Position numbers and translations under genes: made by a program. Shown in pieces: positions 1 through 14,120 of a stretch of DNA of 64,000 bases. The notes under the pieces are model-generated. The model worked only from the letters and a program-made list of their open reading frames with translations, was not told the origin of the DNA and did no database searches. Origin of the DNA: Antedon mediterranea. Taxonomy: Eukaryota > Animalia > Echinodermata. Position 1 is the stretch's first letter, and every line of letters begins with the position of its first letter. The stretch spans positions 33,406,388 to 33,470,387 of the forward strand of contig NC_092670.1 in assembly GCF_964355755.1 (NCBI RefSeq), in the 5' to 3' direction.

Positions 1-55
1 ATCGTTCTCAAACCTTGAATTTCTGTCTGTTGTAAGTAGGACAAAGTCAGCCTCA

Positions 56-945
56 ATGAAGGCGATTAAACGGTACGCTTTGGTGCTCGTAAGTGGTGTG
101 TTATTACTGTTATTTTACTATGGAGGCTTACACATGAACTACGGGTCGATTCGGATTCCTCCACTGTCTCGTCGAAGCCTACGGTCATTTGTAAATTCAG
201 ACGATATTAACTATGATTATGATGTTCATATAGCACCGAGTCAAAGAAGAGACTCGAGAAATAATTTATATAAAAATAGTAAATGTCGTATGGAAACATG
301 TTTTGATTTTTCACTTTGTAAAAAAGGATTCAAAGTTTATGTTTATCAAAGTTCTTCCAAAGTAAGTCAAAGTTACAATAATATTTTAACTTCAATAAGA
401 GAGTCTAGGTATTATACGAATAATCCGAAAGAAGCATGTTTGTTTGTGCTTTCTCTCGATACGCTAGACCGTGATGTTTTAAGTCCGGGATATATACAAG
501 AATTGGAGTATAAAATAACGAGCCTTCCATACTGGAACAACGGTAGGAATCACGTTATATTTAATTTGTACTCCGGAACATGGCCCGATTACTTTGAAGA
601 ATTCGGGTTTAATTTAGGTTACGCCATCATGGCAAAAGCTAGTTTTACTAAAAAAAACTTCCGAACAGGATTCGATATTTCACTGCCACTATTTCCGAAA
701 GATCATCCTCAGAAACGAGGAGCTCCCGGCGAAATGGCAGGAAATAATTTTCCGCTTACGGGAAAGTACTTTATGGTTTTCAAAGGAAAACGTTACCTCA
801 CAGGAATAGGATCCGATACAAGGAATGCCTTGCATCATGTGCATAACGGCAAGGATATAATTCTTTTGACAACATGCAAACACGGGAAGAACTGGAAAAA
901 GCTTATGGACTCTCGGTGTAACAGTGACAATGCCGAGTTTGAAAA
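56..945 (+). CDS. EXT1: Exostosin-1 (heparan sulfate copolymerase, GT47 domain), coding exon 1
   Basis: The N-terminus [25 protein letters not shown] is a type II signal-anchor like human MQAKKRYFILL...LLFYFGGL. EXT1 motifs are present: [67 protein letters not shown] and LLTTCKHGK. The exon ends GAA AA|GTAAGT (donor 946-951); its 890 nt give phase 2. The stop at 947-949 in the ORF track lies inside the donor. Confidence 0.97.
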
Positions 946-2319
946 GTAAGTGATTTTACATATTTGCCTTGTTAATATTAGACATTTTTATATGTTCTTT
1001 TCAGCTTTTTTTAACCAAAATTGTATACAGTGCTGTAGCAATCCAAAACCACAATTCCTATAAACTTTCTCAAATTTCCAACCAGACAGAGACGGGTTGG
1101 ACCAGACTACTGTATGTGGTGTCCAGTTATTGAGAAAGTTGCTCAATATGTAGTCATCATATCGTAGTGGTATTAATTTATGTTAACTATCTACTGTGAG
1201 TAGACTGTATATCCCTGAATGAAAGTCAACCAGTAATTTGAACCCAATTTTAATTGAAGGTTCTGAGCTGACTTAAGTGTTACAACAAAATAAGTACAAG
1301 GAATTTAATAACAGTCATTGGCTGTCAACATATTTATCATGATGTCAAAAGGCAGGTGTAAAGTGCTCTTAAAGAGCCATTCAAATTGCATATTGTACAA
1401 CCATTCATTTATTAATATTATATTTTATTATAAACTTGATTTTGATTTCTAAAGGAATTCTGTCTGATGATTGACATTTCAATATTACATTGTCATTCAT
1501 TATTAAATCATGTGATTGACTGATAAATCAAATATTTTGCTGTTTAAATATAAGCCACCTTTATACATAAAGTAATTGCCATTTATCTTGATTCTCAACT
1601 GATGTCAAGTACACTGCATGCAGACTTGGTCACTGAAACACCCTGTTAGGCTAATTCGATGAAAGACGAAATTCCAATTACACTCTACTTTTGCTTGTGA
1701 AATTATTTGTACCATTCCATTCATTATTCATTTGTATTATAAATCTGTTTGATGTATTCATCTTGACAGCAAAAAACCATGGAGGTTACTGAACAACCGC
1801 ATTATTTAAACTGATCCTACTACTGTAAACTCTTCCCTTCATTTTAACTGAAAATTAGATTAGTATGTGTTTTCTTCAATACTTTGTACATAGTTTTATG
1901 TCAACAACTCAAATTTCTGTATGGTATTCCTCAGTTGTAAGTAATGCTTACTAATACTATTGTGGTTAACATTTAACTGATACAGTTTTAGTACTTCCTT
2001 TATTAAATTGCAGTATTATCTTTACTTTATATAAGCACCTTTCTGATAGTTGTTTCAGTGTTAATCAAGCCATCAACTTGATTTACATAACAGTGTCTAA
2101 TTGATAAACAGGCCATTCTGTTTATAGCTCTACAGTTCATGCACAGACAGTACAGTACTGTATCTATTCCACTGTTTCTAATGTGTTAGCCAGCTATAGC
2201 ATATTGATTTATGTAATGCATTTATTTATTGCTCTTTCTGTAATGACTGGATGGGTTAGTTGAATATTATGTTTTATCTGATGAGAGCACTGTACTAAAA
2301 CAGTAATAATACTGTGTTT

Positions 2320-2420
2320 AAAAGTCATTCTGGGCATGCTCCTGAGTGCGCAGAATGAATACTTGATAGCTGCGTAGTCATTGTGTTGCGTAAAAAAAAC
2401 TGAAAGATCACTATTATATA
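2320..2420 (+). repeat. Fragment of an old dispersed repeat; homologous copy in reverse orientation at ~10890-10985
   Basis: aaagtcattctgggcatgctcctgag...ctgcgtagt matches the reverse complement of the second copy (aaagtcactttgggcatgatccgga...ctgcgtagtt). Confidence 0.5.
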
Positions 2421-3603
2421 GAATTTGTACTGTGTGGTCATTTGGGCTACTATAGCAATATGGCCTGTATATTGCGTAGATAGTGAAAATCCATACTGAT
2501 TAGGATAGTACTATATGTTTACTATGAATATTCTTAACACTTTTAACTCAAGTAAAAAAAAATTTAAATCCCCAGCCGTCAGCTGTGGTTTACGTTTTTC
2601 CACCTTATTACAAATAATGTATAGATTAATATGCATGGGTGGATGAATATATTATAACGTGGTTTTACAGTCTTCAACTCTGCATACTTTTCTTTGTAAT
2701 TCCATTGTAAAGTTCTGACACAATAAAACTTTAGAGTATTACAGTATTGTTACTTTTCAGTTAGTTCATTTTATGGTTACGCATTGTTAGTTTTTTTGCT
2801 CAAGTTAATGCAGTTTTTTTAGAAATACAGTACAGGGAATTACCATGTGTCAATGGCCAAAAATAACCTACATTATTCATCAAGTTTTTTTTAAACAAAC
2901 AAAAAAGGATTACAGTTAAGGAGAAAATGTTAAATTACCTGATTGATACTGATTGTGATTTATTACATTGTTGCACAAGTGATTTTTGTAAACATACAAT
3001 CATAGAAAACTAATCAGACAGAGATATTGAATTTAATAAATCATTGATTAGTTGAACAAATAAAAAAGGGAGAAAAACATGAAGACACTGTACCGGATGT
3101 ATTGTACAACACCTGGTACTGTTCATGGGATTGTTGCTAATGGTAATTGGGAGTTTACAGTAATAAATATGGAAATGCCCAAAAATAACCAGAGCATCAT
3201 AAAACTACTGTATACTACAGTATGTAAAGAATTAGTACAGACAGTACTGTATGTCAGGATGTGTATTGTGTACAGTAGTATTACACATACCATAATGGAT
3301 GACGTACAGTACAGTACAGTACATGAGATCGAATCATTGTAATTTGTAAAGTACAGTATAATATTGTACAGTAATGGAGTTCCAAAGTCTAAAAATAATC
3401 AGTTACGATAGATAATACTAATAAAATAATCATGAGTTTTTTATTACATCATACAGTAGATTGGAGATGTACATTATGTGATCATTGTACCCTTCAATAC
3501 AACAATACAATTTCAATTATAAGTCAATATTGTATTTAAGAATTTCCCTGTGTTTATATAGGAGAATGTTTTAATACATACTGTACAAAGAGTTTCCATC
3601 TAC

Positions 3604-3759
3604 CAGGGGCAGATAGAGCATTATTATAACGATCTGTCCGGCCAACCAAAATAAAAACAGTCATTATATTATTTTGAAAGACATCACTGTTAAATTTTAG
3701 GGGCGGGGGATAAAGCCTGTTTATGCCCCTCCCCCCCCCCCCTTCCTAAATCTGTACCT
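3604..3759. mobile_element. Degenerate small hAT-like MITE
   Basis: Imperfect TIRs CAGGGGCAGATAGAG ... CTAAATCTGTACCTG with a subterminal poly-C tract; no clear TSD. Confidence 0.4.
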
Positions 3760-5014
3760 GTCTACTGTACTGTACCTGTGATTAATAACTCCAACCTGAT
3801 TTCCATACATGTACTGTATGACAAAACCACTGTGCAATGTGGAGTGTGTTAACCTTTTGCATATCATTTATAACCCCATTTTTCACCTGCATTGAGGAAT
3901 GTACACTGTCATTTTTTAGTTTATACTTGTAATTTCCTTTTACTTTGAATGTGGAGATGATAGGTGTCAAAGATCATACAAATATTTAGACATGTTGTCA
4001 AGAAATGATCAAATATTCACATTCCCTGATCATTGGAGCTTGTAAATTATCAGCTTGCATGCACTTGAATTTTTAGATTGCAAATGATTTTATATTATGC
4101 ATTTTATCTACAGTATTAGATTTAAAAAATAGAAATAATTTCTTAAAAAGTTCTTTATGCTCTATGTTATTATTGTATTGAACTACTACTGTATACTTCT
4201 ACACAGTACATTGTTTTATTTTAATTTATTTTATTTTATTCATTTCGGCAAATTGTGGATAATTTGCTCCCTCAAAAAATTCCTTTCCATTCTTACAGTA
4301 ACTAGGAATACTGTATTACTGTACTGTACAGTAATAATTTTATTTCAATATTTCAGGTTTTCTCCTACGTACAGTGTATGTCATCGTTATTGTATTGTAA
4401 TGCCATCCCCCATTTGCCGATATTCCATACATTCCAATTATTTAGTTTCTAAAATTTTACTCCCTATTCCTTTTTGCTGTACTGTACAATGTTCCATCCA
4501 GATCCATTTTATTCCTGAATGAATTCCACACCCCCAAGGCAATATTTCATTGAGAATCCCTTATTTTAATTCTGTTTTTCCTGAACTGTTATTCAATTCC
4601 CCAATACACCCTACTAAAAGTTATATTAAATTACTGTATTAAGTTTTATCCCAAATGGTTTTTTTCCGTATCCTTTGAATATTCCAACCAACAGAATATC
4701 CTAATTTGATGTACTGTAACTATTCTTTGGCAGGAAATTTGTAAAAGTCACCATCTGACATTGACTATCCTCTAATCTAATTAATTTCTAATCCTAATTT
4801 TGAGATAACGATATTTTAGGAAGGATACAGTATAATCATCAAACTGATTTAGACAGTAACATTGAATACATTATAGGATGATATTAATATTAAAATATTT
4901 AATTAAGAGAGTTTAATGTTATTGCTGTCCAGCCAATGTTTATACACATACGTACTGTTATCAGTCCCCACCCAAAGTGTTTACTGTACATACTGTTGAA
5001 GACCAAAGAACTCC

Positions 5015-5220
5015 TCATCATCATATATCGACCGCAGTCGACCATCTTCATCAATCAGACATCAGCATAGCTAGATTTCCAAGTTTTGCAGTCCTCCATG
5101 ACACAAGCAAGTTCAGATGTATTTTCAAGGACCTTGACGTGTGTTTTGTTTCGTGCACCTGATGATCCGTGTTTGGGTTCCCAGAGCAGAAATCTGCTTG
5201 CTGCTTCTTCTGTGTGACGA
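5015..5220 (-). mobile_element. 3' relic of an RTE-clade LINE
   Basis: The minus-strand peptide RHTEEAASRFLLWEPKHG...THVKVL..TSELACVMEDCKTW resembles the RTE reverse transcriptase C-terminus. It is followed by a TCGAC-x-GTCGA hairpin and a short (ATG)n tail. Confidence 0.7.
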
Positions 5221-6104
5221 TAAAAGTTCCTATCTTGGCAAGGCGAGCTCAGTGTCCTGTTATGAAGTAGATTGCCTGTGGTCAGGGTAAAGAGACTCAT
5301 TTTGAATTGATGATAAAACAGTATTTTGTTGATTTTGGTAGAACTGCAGACCAAGATCATCTGGTACTGTATTCAGTATACTACTGTCTACGGTAGTGAT
5401 ATAATACGTAAGATTACTTAACACAGGAAATGTAGAATTACCTTTGTAAAATCGTAAAATAAATTTAATACTAAAGGATAAAGTAGAAATGATTATGGCT
5501 GTACTATAGGTGATTGCTGTCAGTGTTTTAAAATGATTTTCAATGAAAAAACGATGAACCATTTCAAAACTGTGTCATTGGGCATTTAACATGACGTTGT
5601 GATTGATTTTCGTTGCTGTATTATAGGTAGTTATGAAGGTCTGTGGAAACTGTAATTTACTAATTAAGATCTATTACATCTCTTAACTACAGTTAGTATA
5701 CGTACTATTCATGCAGGGTTTAATTTCTACTGTTCCTTTATTGAGACCGATACATTTTCACGTTAATAATCATTTTGGACTATTTAAAGTTTCTTCGTTT
5801 TTGTGCCTACTACGAACTCGCTAATGTAGAAAAGATTTTCATTAAACATTTTGATTAGCAATAATTGATGATCAATCTAAATTTGGAGTACTAGGAAACA
5901 TACAGTTTATTTGATAAAGGTACAGTGTATGATATTGTGTAGCAATTGGCTAACTGTACAGTAGGCTTCTGTATCATGTTCCATTCTCTACACGTACAGA
6001 ACCTGTAAGTGTAACTGATTTTTATACAATTTTACTGTAACTACCACCACCAACACTAGTTAGTGGAAATAAATTATTATTAATTGAATGATTTGATAAG
6101 TCTA

Positions 6105-6260
6105 TTTCGTGCCTAGCTTACCTGGATAAACCAACAATAGCTCCTTCTCCTCGAAGAGCGAGATATAACTCGAAAAGTAGAAGTTTTCATTGAATCCCCC
6201 TCTCCACAAATGGTATAGTCCATGAACTATGCCCTCAAGTGGGAGCCTGCCCACAAACCA
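6105..6260 (-). repeat. Dispersed 'GTTTATCCAGGTAAGC' repeat family, copy A
   Basis: The reverse complement cccacttgagggcatagttcatggactataccatt...ggtttatccaggtaagctag aligns with 14985-15117 and 54885-55030. Confidence 0.8.
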
Positions 6261-6517
6261 CCATCATCATTTCTTTTTGAGACATGAAAGAGTTAACATG
6301 TCTTCAAAGAGCTTGCACAGTTTCTTGCTGTTGCAATAGAGTTTTTTTGCATACCAATAACAAACAGTCATAAATGACTGGATAAATGCATTTAAAATGA
6401 TTCCGAATCCAACTAAATCCGATTTATTTTAGATCCTGTTATTCTTTAAACTTAAATCAATTTTTTACAAATTAAAGTTAGTGAAGAATCAATTAAAATA
6501 TTCTATTACATATACTT

Positions 6518-6830
6518 GAGTTAGCCAAGCGGTTAAGACAGTGGTTCCAACTTTAATTACGGTTACGGTTTCAAGTCTCACTCGCTCCATGGTTCTGGTG
6601 GTAAAATGAGTCTTCTTGGATAAGGACTATAAACCGTACTGTAGGTCCAGTGTACACATCTACGGTACTGTAGCAAAAGTGTACTTTAAAGAACCTACAG
6701 TAGTACATCTTTCAAGATGAGTAGGGGGTTACCCCGGTGTACTGTACTTAGTACATCACAGCTACTGATCGCAACTGGGCCCTCTGGGAAACCAGTCTTT
6801 GATTGTAGAGGTCGCCCAGTATAAATAAAA
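6518..6830 (+). mobile_element. tRNA-derived SINE with a Nin/Deu-like central domain and LINE-like 3' tail
   Basis: A box-like TAGCCAAGCGG and B box-like GTTTCAAGTC. The core gataaggactataaaccg..aggtcc...taaagaacc...gagtaggggttaccccggtgt resembles the Nin domain. Ends in cccagtataaataaaa. Confidence 0.7.
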
Positions 6831-7201
6831 TATTTCAAGTTGTACCCTACATTAGCTCCAATATTTACAACTAACATTTATCTTTGTCATTCATTTTGCT
6901 TTGTCATTCATTTGGCTTTTGTCATTTAGCATCTTATTGAATATTATTGACTTGTTGTTCATTGATTACAAGAAATTAACAAAGCAAGAAACATATTGAT
7001 CATTGTACTTGAAAAGCTACATTTGAAACTTGAGGTGTGATACCGTGTTCTTCATCAAGACAACAATAGATCTAAAATTGATTATACAGAAACCGAACTT
7101 CTGCTACTGTTTCCAGTTCTTTTCTCTATACTTTTTTTTAGTTAAAAATTGATATACAGTAACTTTAGGCAGTCATTATTTATTATTATTTTATATATTT
7201 A

Positions 7202-7440
7202 GGCAAATTGCCAAGGATAACCATTAGCAAATTCATTCACTATCCTACTTAGAGGTGGCAATCCGTTCATGAGACAAACATATACACAAGATGCTCTACA
7301 TAAACAAAGTCTTATTACAAGTCTTTGGGAGTGGAGTTGTAAATTGTCATTAGAAAAAATCCTGACATATGACAGGACTTGAACCCAGGACCCTTGGATT
7401 GGCAGCCAAGCATCATAACCACCAGGCCACAACTCCACTC
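7202..7440 (-). mobile_element. tRNA-derived SINE
   Basis: Minus-strand head gagtggagttgTGGCCTGGTGGttatg...cctgGGTTCAAGTCCtg (A and B boxes), followed by a non-tRNA body. Confidence 0.7.
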
Positions 7441-7499
7441 CATTGTTTAAGGACTCGGTAAATTTGTTTTATTATTTGTCTAGGTATGATCATTCATTA

Positions 7500-8434
7500 C
7501 CGTATTTTCCGGAGTATAGGTCGACCCCAAGTATAAGTCGACCCCCAACTTTGACCCAGAATATCGTTGATTTTGGTATGACCTGAATATAAGTCGACCC
7601 CCCAAAATCGGCTAATAACACAACTTTAAAGTTCAAAGAAGGCTAGAAACGTATGAAATGTGGTTGTTTGTTTATACAATTATTAAAGTGTAGGCCTAAT
7701 CAATATCGGACGGACGTAATCACAACGGCTTCGCCGCCGTCTTCGCCAGCCTATAATAAATGACAGCGATGTAGCGTTACAGTACTTGCCATCAGCGATG
7801 TTTTTTCGCGTCACTCAAATAAATTAAAACGAGTTTTTCGTTAGGAGGCTTATTAAATTGTACAGGCGAGTAGTTGTAAATCGCGTTATCTGTAAATGTA
7901 CACGCGCCGGACTGAGGAGAATTTATTTTATGAATAGACATGCGCAGTAATTGTAATTACGAACAAACAAACAAAATGCGCATGTGTATAGATGAAAATA
8001 TCGCGCAATAACAAACATGCTGCATGGACATTCCAACATCGTGTAGTTCGTTTTTGGTGTGTGTTACGATGTTTTCGCGAGTGAATACGAAGCATATGAA
8101 ACACAAACGAAAACTATTTATTCTTAATTATTTTAATAAAAGCGTAATATAAACATCAAAATTAATCTTTGTTATATATTAATAGTACTTGTACCAGTAC
8201 TTGTTGGAGTTGTATTATTTTGTACAATGTAGGTATTATTAAATTGAAAACTCCTGTGAGTGATTGATGATAGGCCACTGACCTTGCTAGGCCTTGACAG
8301 CTGACGGCTTTTGAACGAATTTTTTCGGCTTGATTTTTTTCAAAAATCGCATGGTCGGAGTATAAGTCGACCCCCCCCGATTTTGCAATTAAAATTTTCC
8401 CACAAAGTCTCGACCTATACTCCGGAAAATACGG
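7500..8434. mobile_element. Non-autonomous Tc1/mariner-superfamily element (pogo/Tc2-like CCGTA ends)
   Basis: Perfect 25-bp TIR CCGTATTTTCCGGAGTATAGGTCGA, TA TSD (7498-7499 and 8435-8436), repeated subterminal TATAAGTCGACCCC motifs; no transposase ORF. Confidence 0.92.
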
Positions 8435-10019
8435 TAAGGACATTTTACTCACTGTATTTATGCATGAACCTATAATTATTTTATAGGTCCATTATTTATG
8501 CAAAATGATAGAAACCCATGTTTAAATCTAGCATGCAAGCATGAAAATTACATTATCTGTACATTGATGGATCTACAGTAAAACTGCACCCCGTATACTA
8601 TTTGATTAGGCCTATAACATAATACAATTAATTATTATCACCTAATTTTGTATAACTAATAATACAGTATTAGATCATCATATTTCATTATTTTCAATTC
8701 TTTCTTTTTACAACAAAACTAAAAAAAACAAACAAAAAAACAAAGTATAATTTCATTAAATTGAAATGAATTGAAAATAAAAATATAAATTCATAGAACT
8801 ATGAAAATAGTAATATAACTAATATATTATTCTCATGGGTCTTTGGATTCATAAACAAAGAACTTTAGTTTTATCATCTCTCTATTGTTAAAAAAATTGT
8901 ATTGTTGCTGTTTTTTAGAGAATTAAAGAAGAAGGTATACTGTAGTGTAACAGTACAGAATACAATGGAATTTTAAACAGGAAATGTGTATTGCTCTGTA
9001 TAATCTACAAAGGGAAGAACTTGACAATAAGATATGAATTTAAAAAGGTACAATATTGTATGGAAGAAGATTATAAAGCATAAAAATAAAGCACAGATGG
9101 TCATTAGATTAATTAAATTTTCCAAATAAATTAATATGAAAGCAATAAATAAAAATCTGTAGTAAAAATAAATAAATAAAAATTACTTTCTTTAGGCCTA
9201 TTGCATTTATTGAATAAATAAAATGAAATACTGTACTGTAAAGTCTTAGGACCTTTTTAGTAACACATTTTATTGAAAACAGTCAGAACTTCCTTGAAAA
9301 ATACAGTAATTTGCATAGGAATGATGAGAATGCAGTATTTAGAGTTTAATTTGTTGATCATAAAATAAAAAAGTAAAAGCAGAACAAACAAAAAAAACTG
9401 TATTATTGAAAAATTTCAAAGAACAGTTTTCTTTGAAACTGGTTTTATAAACAAAGATGATAAGATTGCAGTATCATCAAGTAACAGAAGAAAAATACAT
9501 TATCAAAAGAAGACCATATTATACAGTAATTAAGTATTATACAGCATACAGTACAGTGTATCATGGTGTGATGTAGAATACAGTATACAGTAATTAATGG
9601 TGTTTCTATTTAAAAAAAATGCCCGATACAAATCTTTCTTAACATTTTATTTTAAACAAAAAAATGTCATAAAAATATCCTATGTTTAAAATGTCAAACA
9701 ACCAAAAAAATGAATGGATGAAGAAGAAACATTTTCACTGAACCATTTTAAACTTTTTCACCAATTTGTTTGATTAAAGAACATCATGCATGTAATAAAA
9801 GTTCCAGATACAGGCATTTACTTTCTGTGTTGAATTTCATGTTATATTACTGTATACAGTACACTACAAAGTTTTCTTTTATTATCCAGTATGGTGTGAC
9901 CACTCAAACCTTTTGGTTTCATGCTGGTAGCGGCATGATATAAATGTATAATTTTACAATTTACCTTGAACTTTCAAGTAACAGCCAATTTTTACTAAAT
10001 AAATAGTTTGGTCATCCAT

Positions 10020-10641
10020 ATGAATTGAATGGTGTGATATATGAATGAAATGTTTTGAATTGAATGCTTTGAATTTAATGTTTTTAATGAAATGTTTTTA
10101 ATGAAATGTTTTTAATGAAATGTTTTGAATTGAATGTTTTGAATTGAATGTTTTGAATAAAATGTTTTGAATGAAATGTTTTGAACGAAATGTTTTGAAT
10201 GAAATGTTTTGAACAAAATGTTTTGAACGAAATGTTTTGAATGAAATGTTTGAATTGAATTGAAAAGTCAAACTATTGGCGGCGTATGTTGTTCCCGTTC
10301 ACGATTTTTTCTCAACCTCTTTAGGCCAAGTCTGGGTACCCTCATCTCCTTTCCACGCTGTCATCAATATGGATCCTTTACAGAGAATCCTAACAGACCT
10401 GAAACAGTGGAATACATATTTCCAAACCCAGGTCTGTTAGGATTCTCTGTAAAGGCAGCGTGGAAAAGGGATGAGGATACCCAGGCTTAGGCCTAAGAGG
10501 TTGAGAAAAAAATTGCGAGCGGGAATGACATACGCCACCAATAGTTTGACTTTTCAATTCAATTCAAACATTTCATTCAAAACATTTCATTCAAAACATT
10601 TCATTCATATCATCGAAATGTTGCGTAAACGGCGTTCCATA
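10020..10641. mobile_element. Foldback-type inverted-repeat element with GAATGAAATGTTTT tandem arrays
   Basis: Arms ~10230-10401 and ~10429-10610 are reverse complements around a short loop. Arrays of ~14-bp units lie outside, longer on the left. Flanked by a 79-bp direct duplication. Confidence 0.85.
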
Positions 10642-12627
10642 GCACGATATAAATGTATAATCTTACAATTTACCTTGAACTTTCAAGTAACAGCCAATTT
10701 TTACTAAATAAATAGTTTGGATAAAATTTCAAGTAACACAATGTTGGTACCTGTATAAAGTTTTTTTTAACTGGTTGGTGCAGTATACACAGTTTGGTTG
10801 TTTGAAACCAAACCTGTAATGTTTTGTAGTAAAATGAAATGCACAGCAATACAGAACTATAAGTATAAATACTATAGTAGTAGTATACTAAATGGCACTG
10901 TGCCTTTTGTTTTTACAATCCGTTATGCAACTACGCAGAAGATTGAATTAATAGTTTCCGGATCATGCCCAAAGTGACTTTTCGACTTAACTTAGTGTAG
11001 GCCTGTGATGAGAACTAAAGGTCCCATAGCCTGGTACATATAAAACAAATTCAGTATTTAAAATACGCTTGGGTTGTATGATGTCTTGCTGTTTCCAGTG
11101 GTACAGTAGTTCTAATAAAAATGTCTGGCTATTTGTATGATGACAGTATTCTATTAAATTTAGAACTTTAATAATTTTGAAATACTGTATGAATTAATAT
11201 AATATAGAACACGATTTGAACATCAATTCACTGTAATTTCTGTAACACATTACAAATATCATTTGCAATCTGTAGAAAATTGAGTAATGATTAAGATTCT
11301 CCATTTTTAAATGGGTGCAATATGGACATTTATGGCACCATTTCTATGTATTGCCCACCACTAGAAATACAGTACTCTACTACTGTATGTTGGATTTCAA
11401 TGGTTTTCTTTGAAACAAGTTTTTATTGTATAAATTGCTACTTGGGGATTTCAATAAATTATTGTAACTGAACAATTGAATGTTATATTTTTTATCATCC
11501 ACACAGTGTTTTATTTGTTTTCACTTTTGTTTTTATTGTTCCCATGTTGGCTAAACAAAATTACCATCTAACCATACTATGAGAAACTTCTATATTAAAG
11601 CTACATTGACATACAGTGGAGTACAGTATGCATTTCAGGTCCATAAATTATGGTATGTATTGTTGTCCCCACAAAGCCAGGGGAAAAGTTGGGGTATAAT
11701 TTATTACTTGGATAATAATTTTAAGCCTCCCTTTAGAGGTTTTACAGACAGGTCATCTGAGTTTAGCCTGGACTGAATGCTAAGCAGGGAAATGTTTTAT
11801 AGTAATAATAACATAAAATTGTTTACACCCTAAAGCCCAGCAAAGGTTCAAGGAGGAACAATTATTACAACAGTTTGTTATATGCCCCTAGCAATTCAAA
11901 TGTTAGTTTTAACTAATAAATTGCCTGTGGACTTAAACCTCTTTTTTTTTACATTGCAAGTGGTACATGCATCTAATTGTTCTATTGTAGTATGAAAAGG
12001 TATATATTTCCTCAAGCTTAACTGGAAACTGAGGAAATTCGGATTATGCCCTCCACGGACCCACAGCAGCCAGCAGTGCAGTGCCTACCAGATCAGTATT
12101 TACACTATTTGAATCCACCAGCTGTATTAAAACCTACTACAGTATTTGTGTAATTTTTAAATAGTACAGTTTAGTTACTGTATCAGAATTGGTACTGTAC
12201 TGTATTCTTTCTTAATATTTATCTGCCAAAATATTAAGGTGTCCAGTTCCACACATCACACTTTCCAACAGCAAGGTTGAGCACTGCCTTGTTGTGACAG
12301 TATAATCCTTTTATTGTATATTTTTGTAAAGTAGATGTGGGTCATACTAGCATTATCCATATCATATTTCAATCTGGATTGCCCTGTTCCTTTCTTTCCT
12401 ATGTCAAGCAAGCTAATTCCTCCATAGCTCCATACTATAGTTCCAGCCCATAGGGGATTGCAAATATGTTTGCACTATTTGTACATCCTTACAATACATG
12501 TAGATACAGTATTATAGATTTCCTGTACAATGTACTTTTTTACTACACAAGGTCATACTGTAAGGCCAATATATTATTCAAGATGTGAACAGTTTTCCAG
12601 AGCTTTTTACTACAACTCTCCCAATAC

Positions 12628-14120
12628 CAGGGCATCACGTATGCAAAACCCAGGAGAACAACAAATCGCTCTCCTCAAATCACCGAGGAGAGCAATTCGC
12701 TCTCCTTGCAAAAATTTTAAATCGCTCTCCTCAAATGTTTATGTAAATATGTAAAAAAATTACAATGTTTGAATTTGACCACAAAAGTTAAATTCTATTG
12801 GTTTTGCTACCCAAAAAAAATTATTAGCGCACACTGCCGCTATAATCTATTATATTATAATCTATAAATCTTTTATTAATAAATACAGGGCTGAAAATTA
12901 ACCTTTAAACCATAGTGGCCAACAGGGCCAGTTGAAGTTGAAGGATGGTCGCCCTTATTAAAAATGGCTGGCCCTTATTAATTTTGTGTACATTTTTTTT
13001 TTTGCCCAAGGGAATTTATCCCTACCCCTCCCAATTATATCATTTATTACTTTTGATAATTAAATTACTCTCCCCAAAATTCCCCACTCCCCTCCCACAC
13101 CCACACCCACATTCACACACAATATTTTCCGTGGGGATCGTCATTGAAAAAAATCAATCCAATTTTTTGTATGGCCTGAGTAGGCCTAGATTGGGTTTCA
13201 GGAGCCTGCCTGGAGAATCCTGACCAACATGTCTTTAGCCTACTAGGCCTAGCTTTTCTAGCCTAGCTTGTTGGCCTACTACCTGTATTTCATAAATTAT
13301 ACAATTCTAACATGCAATAGCCATTAAAATATTGATAATAAGTTACAAAGTATAATTTTAAAATAATTAAGAAAGATATTTAATGGTGTTTACATGTGTC
13401 ACACATGCACGCACAATTTGGGGAGAGCTACCTTCCTTCTAGAAGATGATGACGTCACACGTGAGCATGTGTTTTGAGGAGGATTTGAGTGACCAAAATT
13501 GGTTGGAACTTTTGAAGAAATATTCCATCAATGACATAATTAAAGCAACTAAGTTTTTAAATAATAAACATTATATTTAGGCCTCCTATTAATGTTTCCT
13601 TTTAAAATTAAATATATTTTATAAACTCGTTCTATAAAAACATGCAGTAAGCATAAAAGGAACAATTATTGGTTGCTGTAAAGGAGGTATTTCTATGACA
13701 CCATACTGGATGCACTATGAGGCGATGAATGCAGGCAGGGGAATCCCCTTGTTTGGTACCTAACCTCACACTCTGTGAGATCAGAGATGGAGCGTGATTA
13801 ATTGCTCTCCTTGAAGGTTGTTGATCGTGCTTGCGATCCTTAAAAACGAGGGACTCCTTGTAGCTTTTCCATCATATCGGGAGATTACACACGTCACATG
13901 TATACAAAAGTTGTACTAGGCCTGTCATTGTAAGCGTTTTTCACATTTTTAACTTTTAAAAATCCATGTGTTTTTAGGCCTCTTGACAGAAAAATCAACA
14001 CTGTCAAAAGCTAGGCTCTATTTTGAAAATTAAGGAGCGCGATAAATTGCTCTCCTCAAAGCCTGTTGAGGAGCGCGGAGGAGCGCGGTCGCGCAGGCGC
14101 TCCTTATAAATGATGCCCTG
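12628..14120. mobile_element. Non-autonomous hAT-like element
   Basis: TIR CAGGGCATCA / TGATGCCCTG, subterminal GCTCTCCT/AGGAGCGC repeats, flanked by a direct CAATAC on both sides. Confidence 0.8.

Noticed and set aside
56-949. 297-aa ORF as a complete single-exon protein
   Set aside because: The stop lies within the GTAAGT donor, and the EXT1 sequence continues in frame at 63086.
7365-7440. tRNA gene
   Set aside because: A/B boxes are present, but there is no intact cloverleaf or acceptor stem and it continues into a SINE body.
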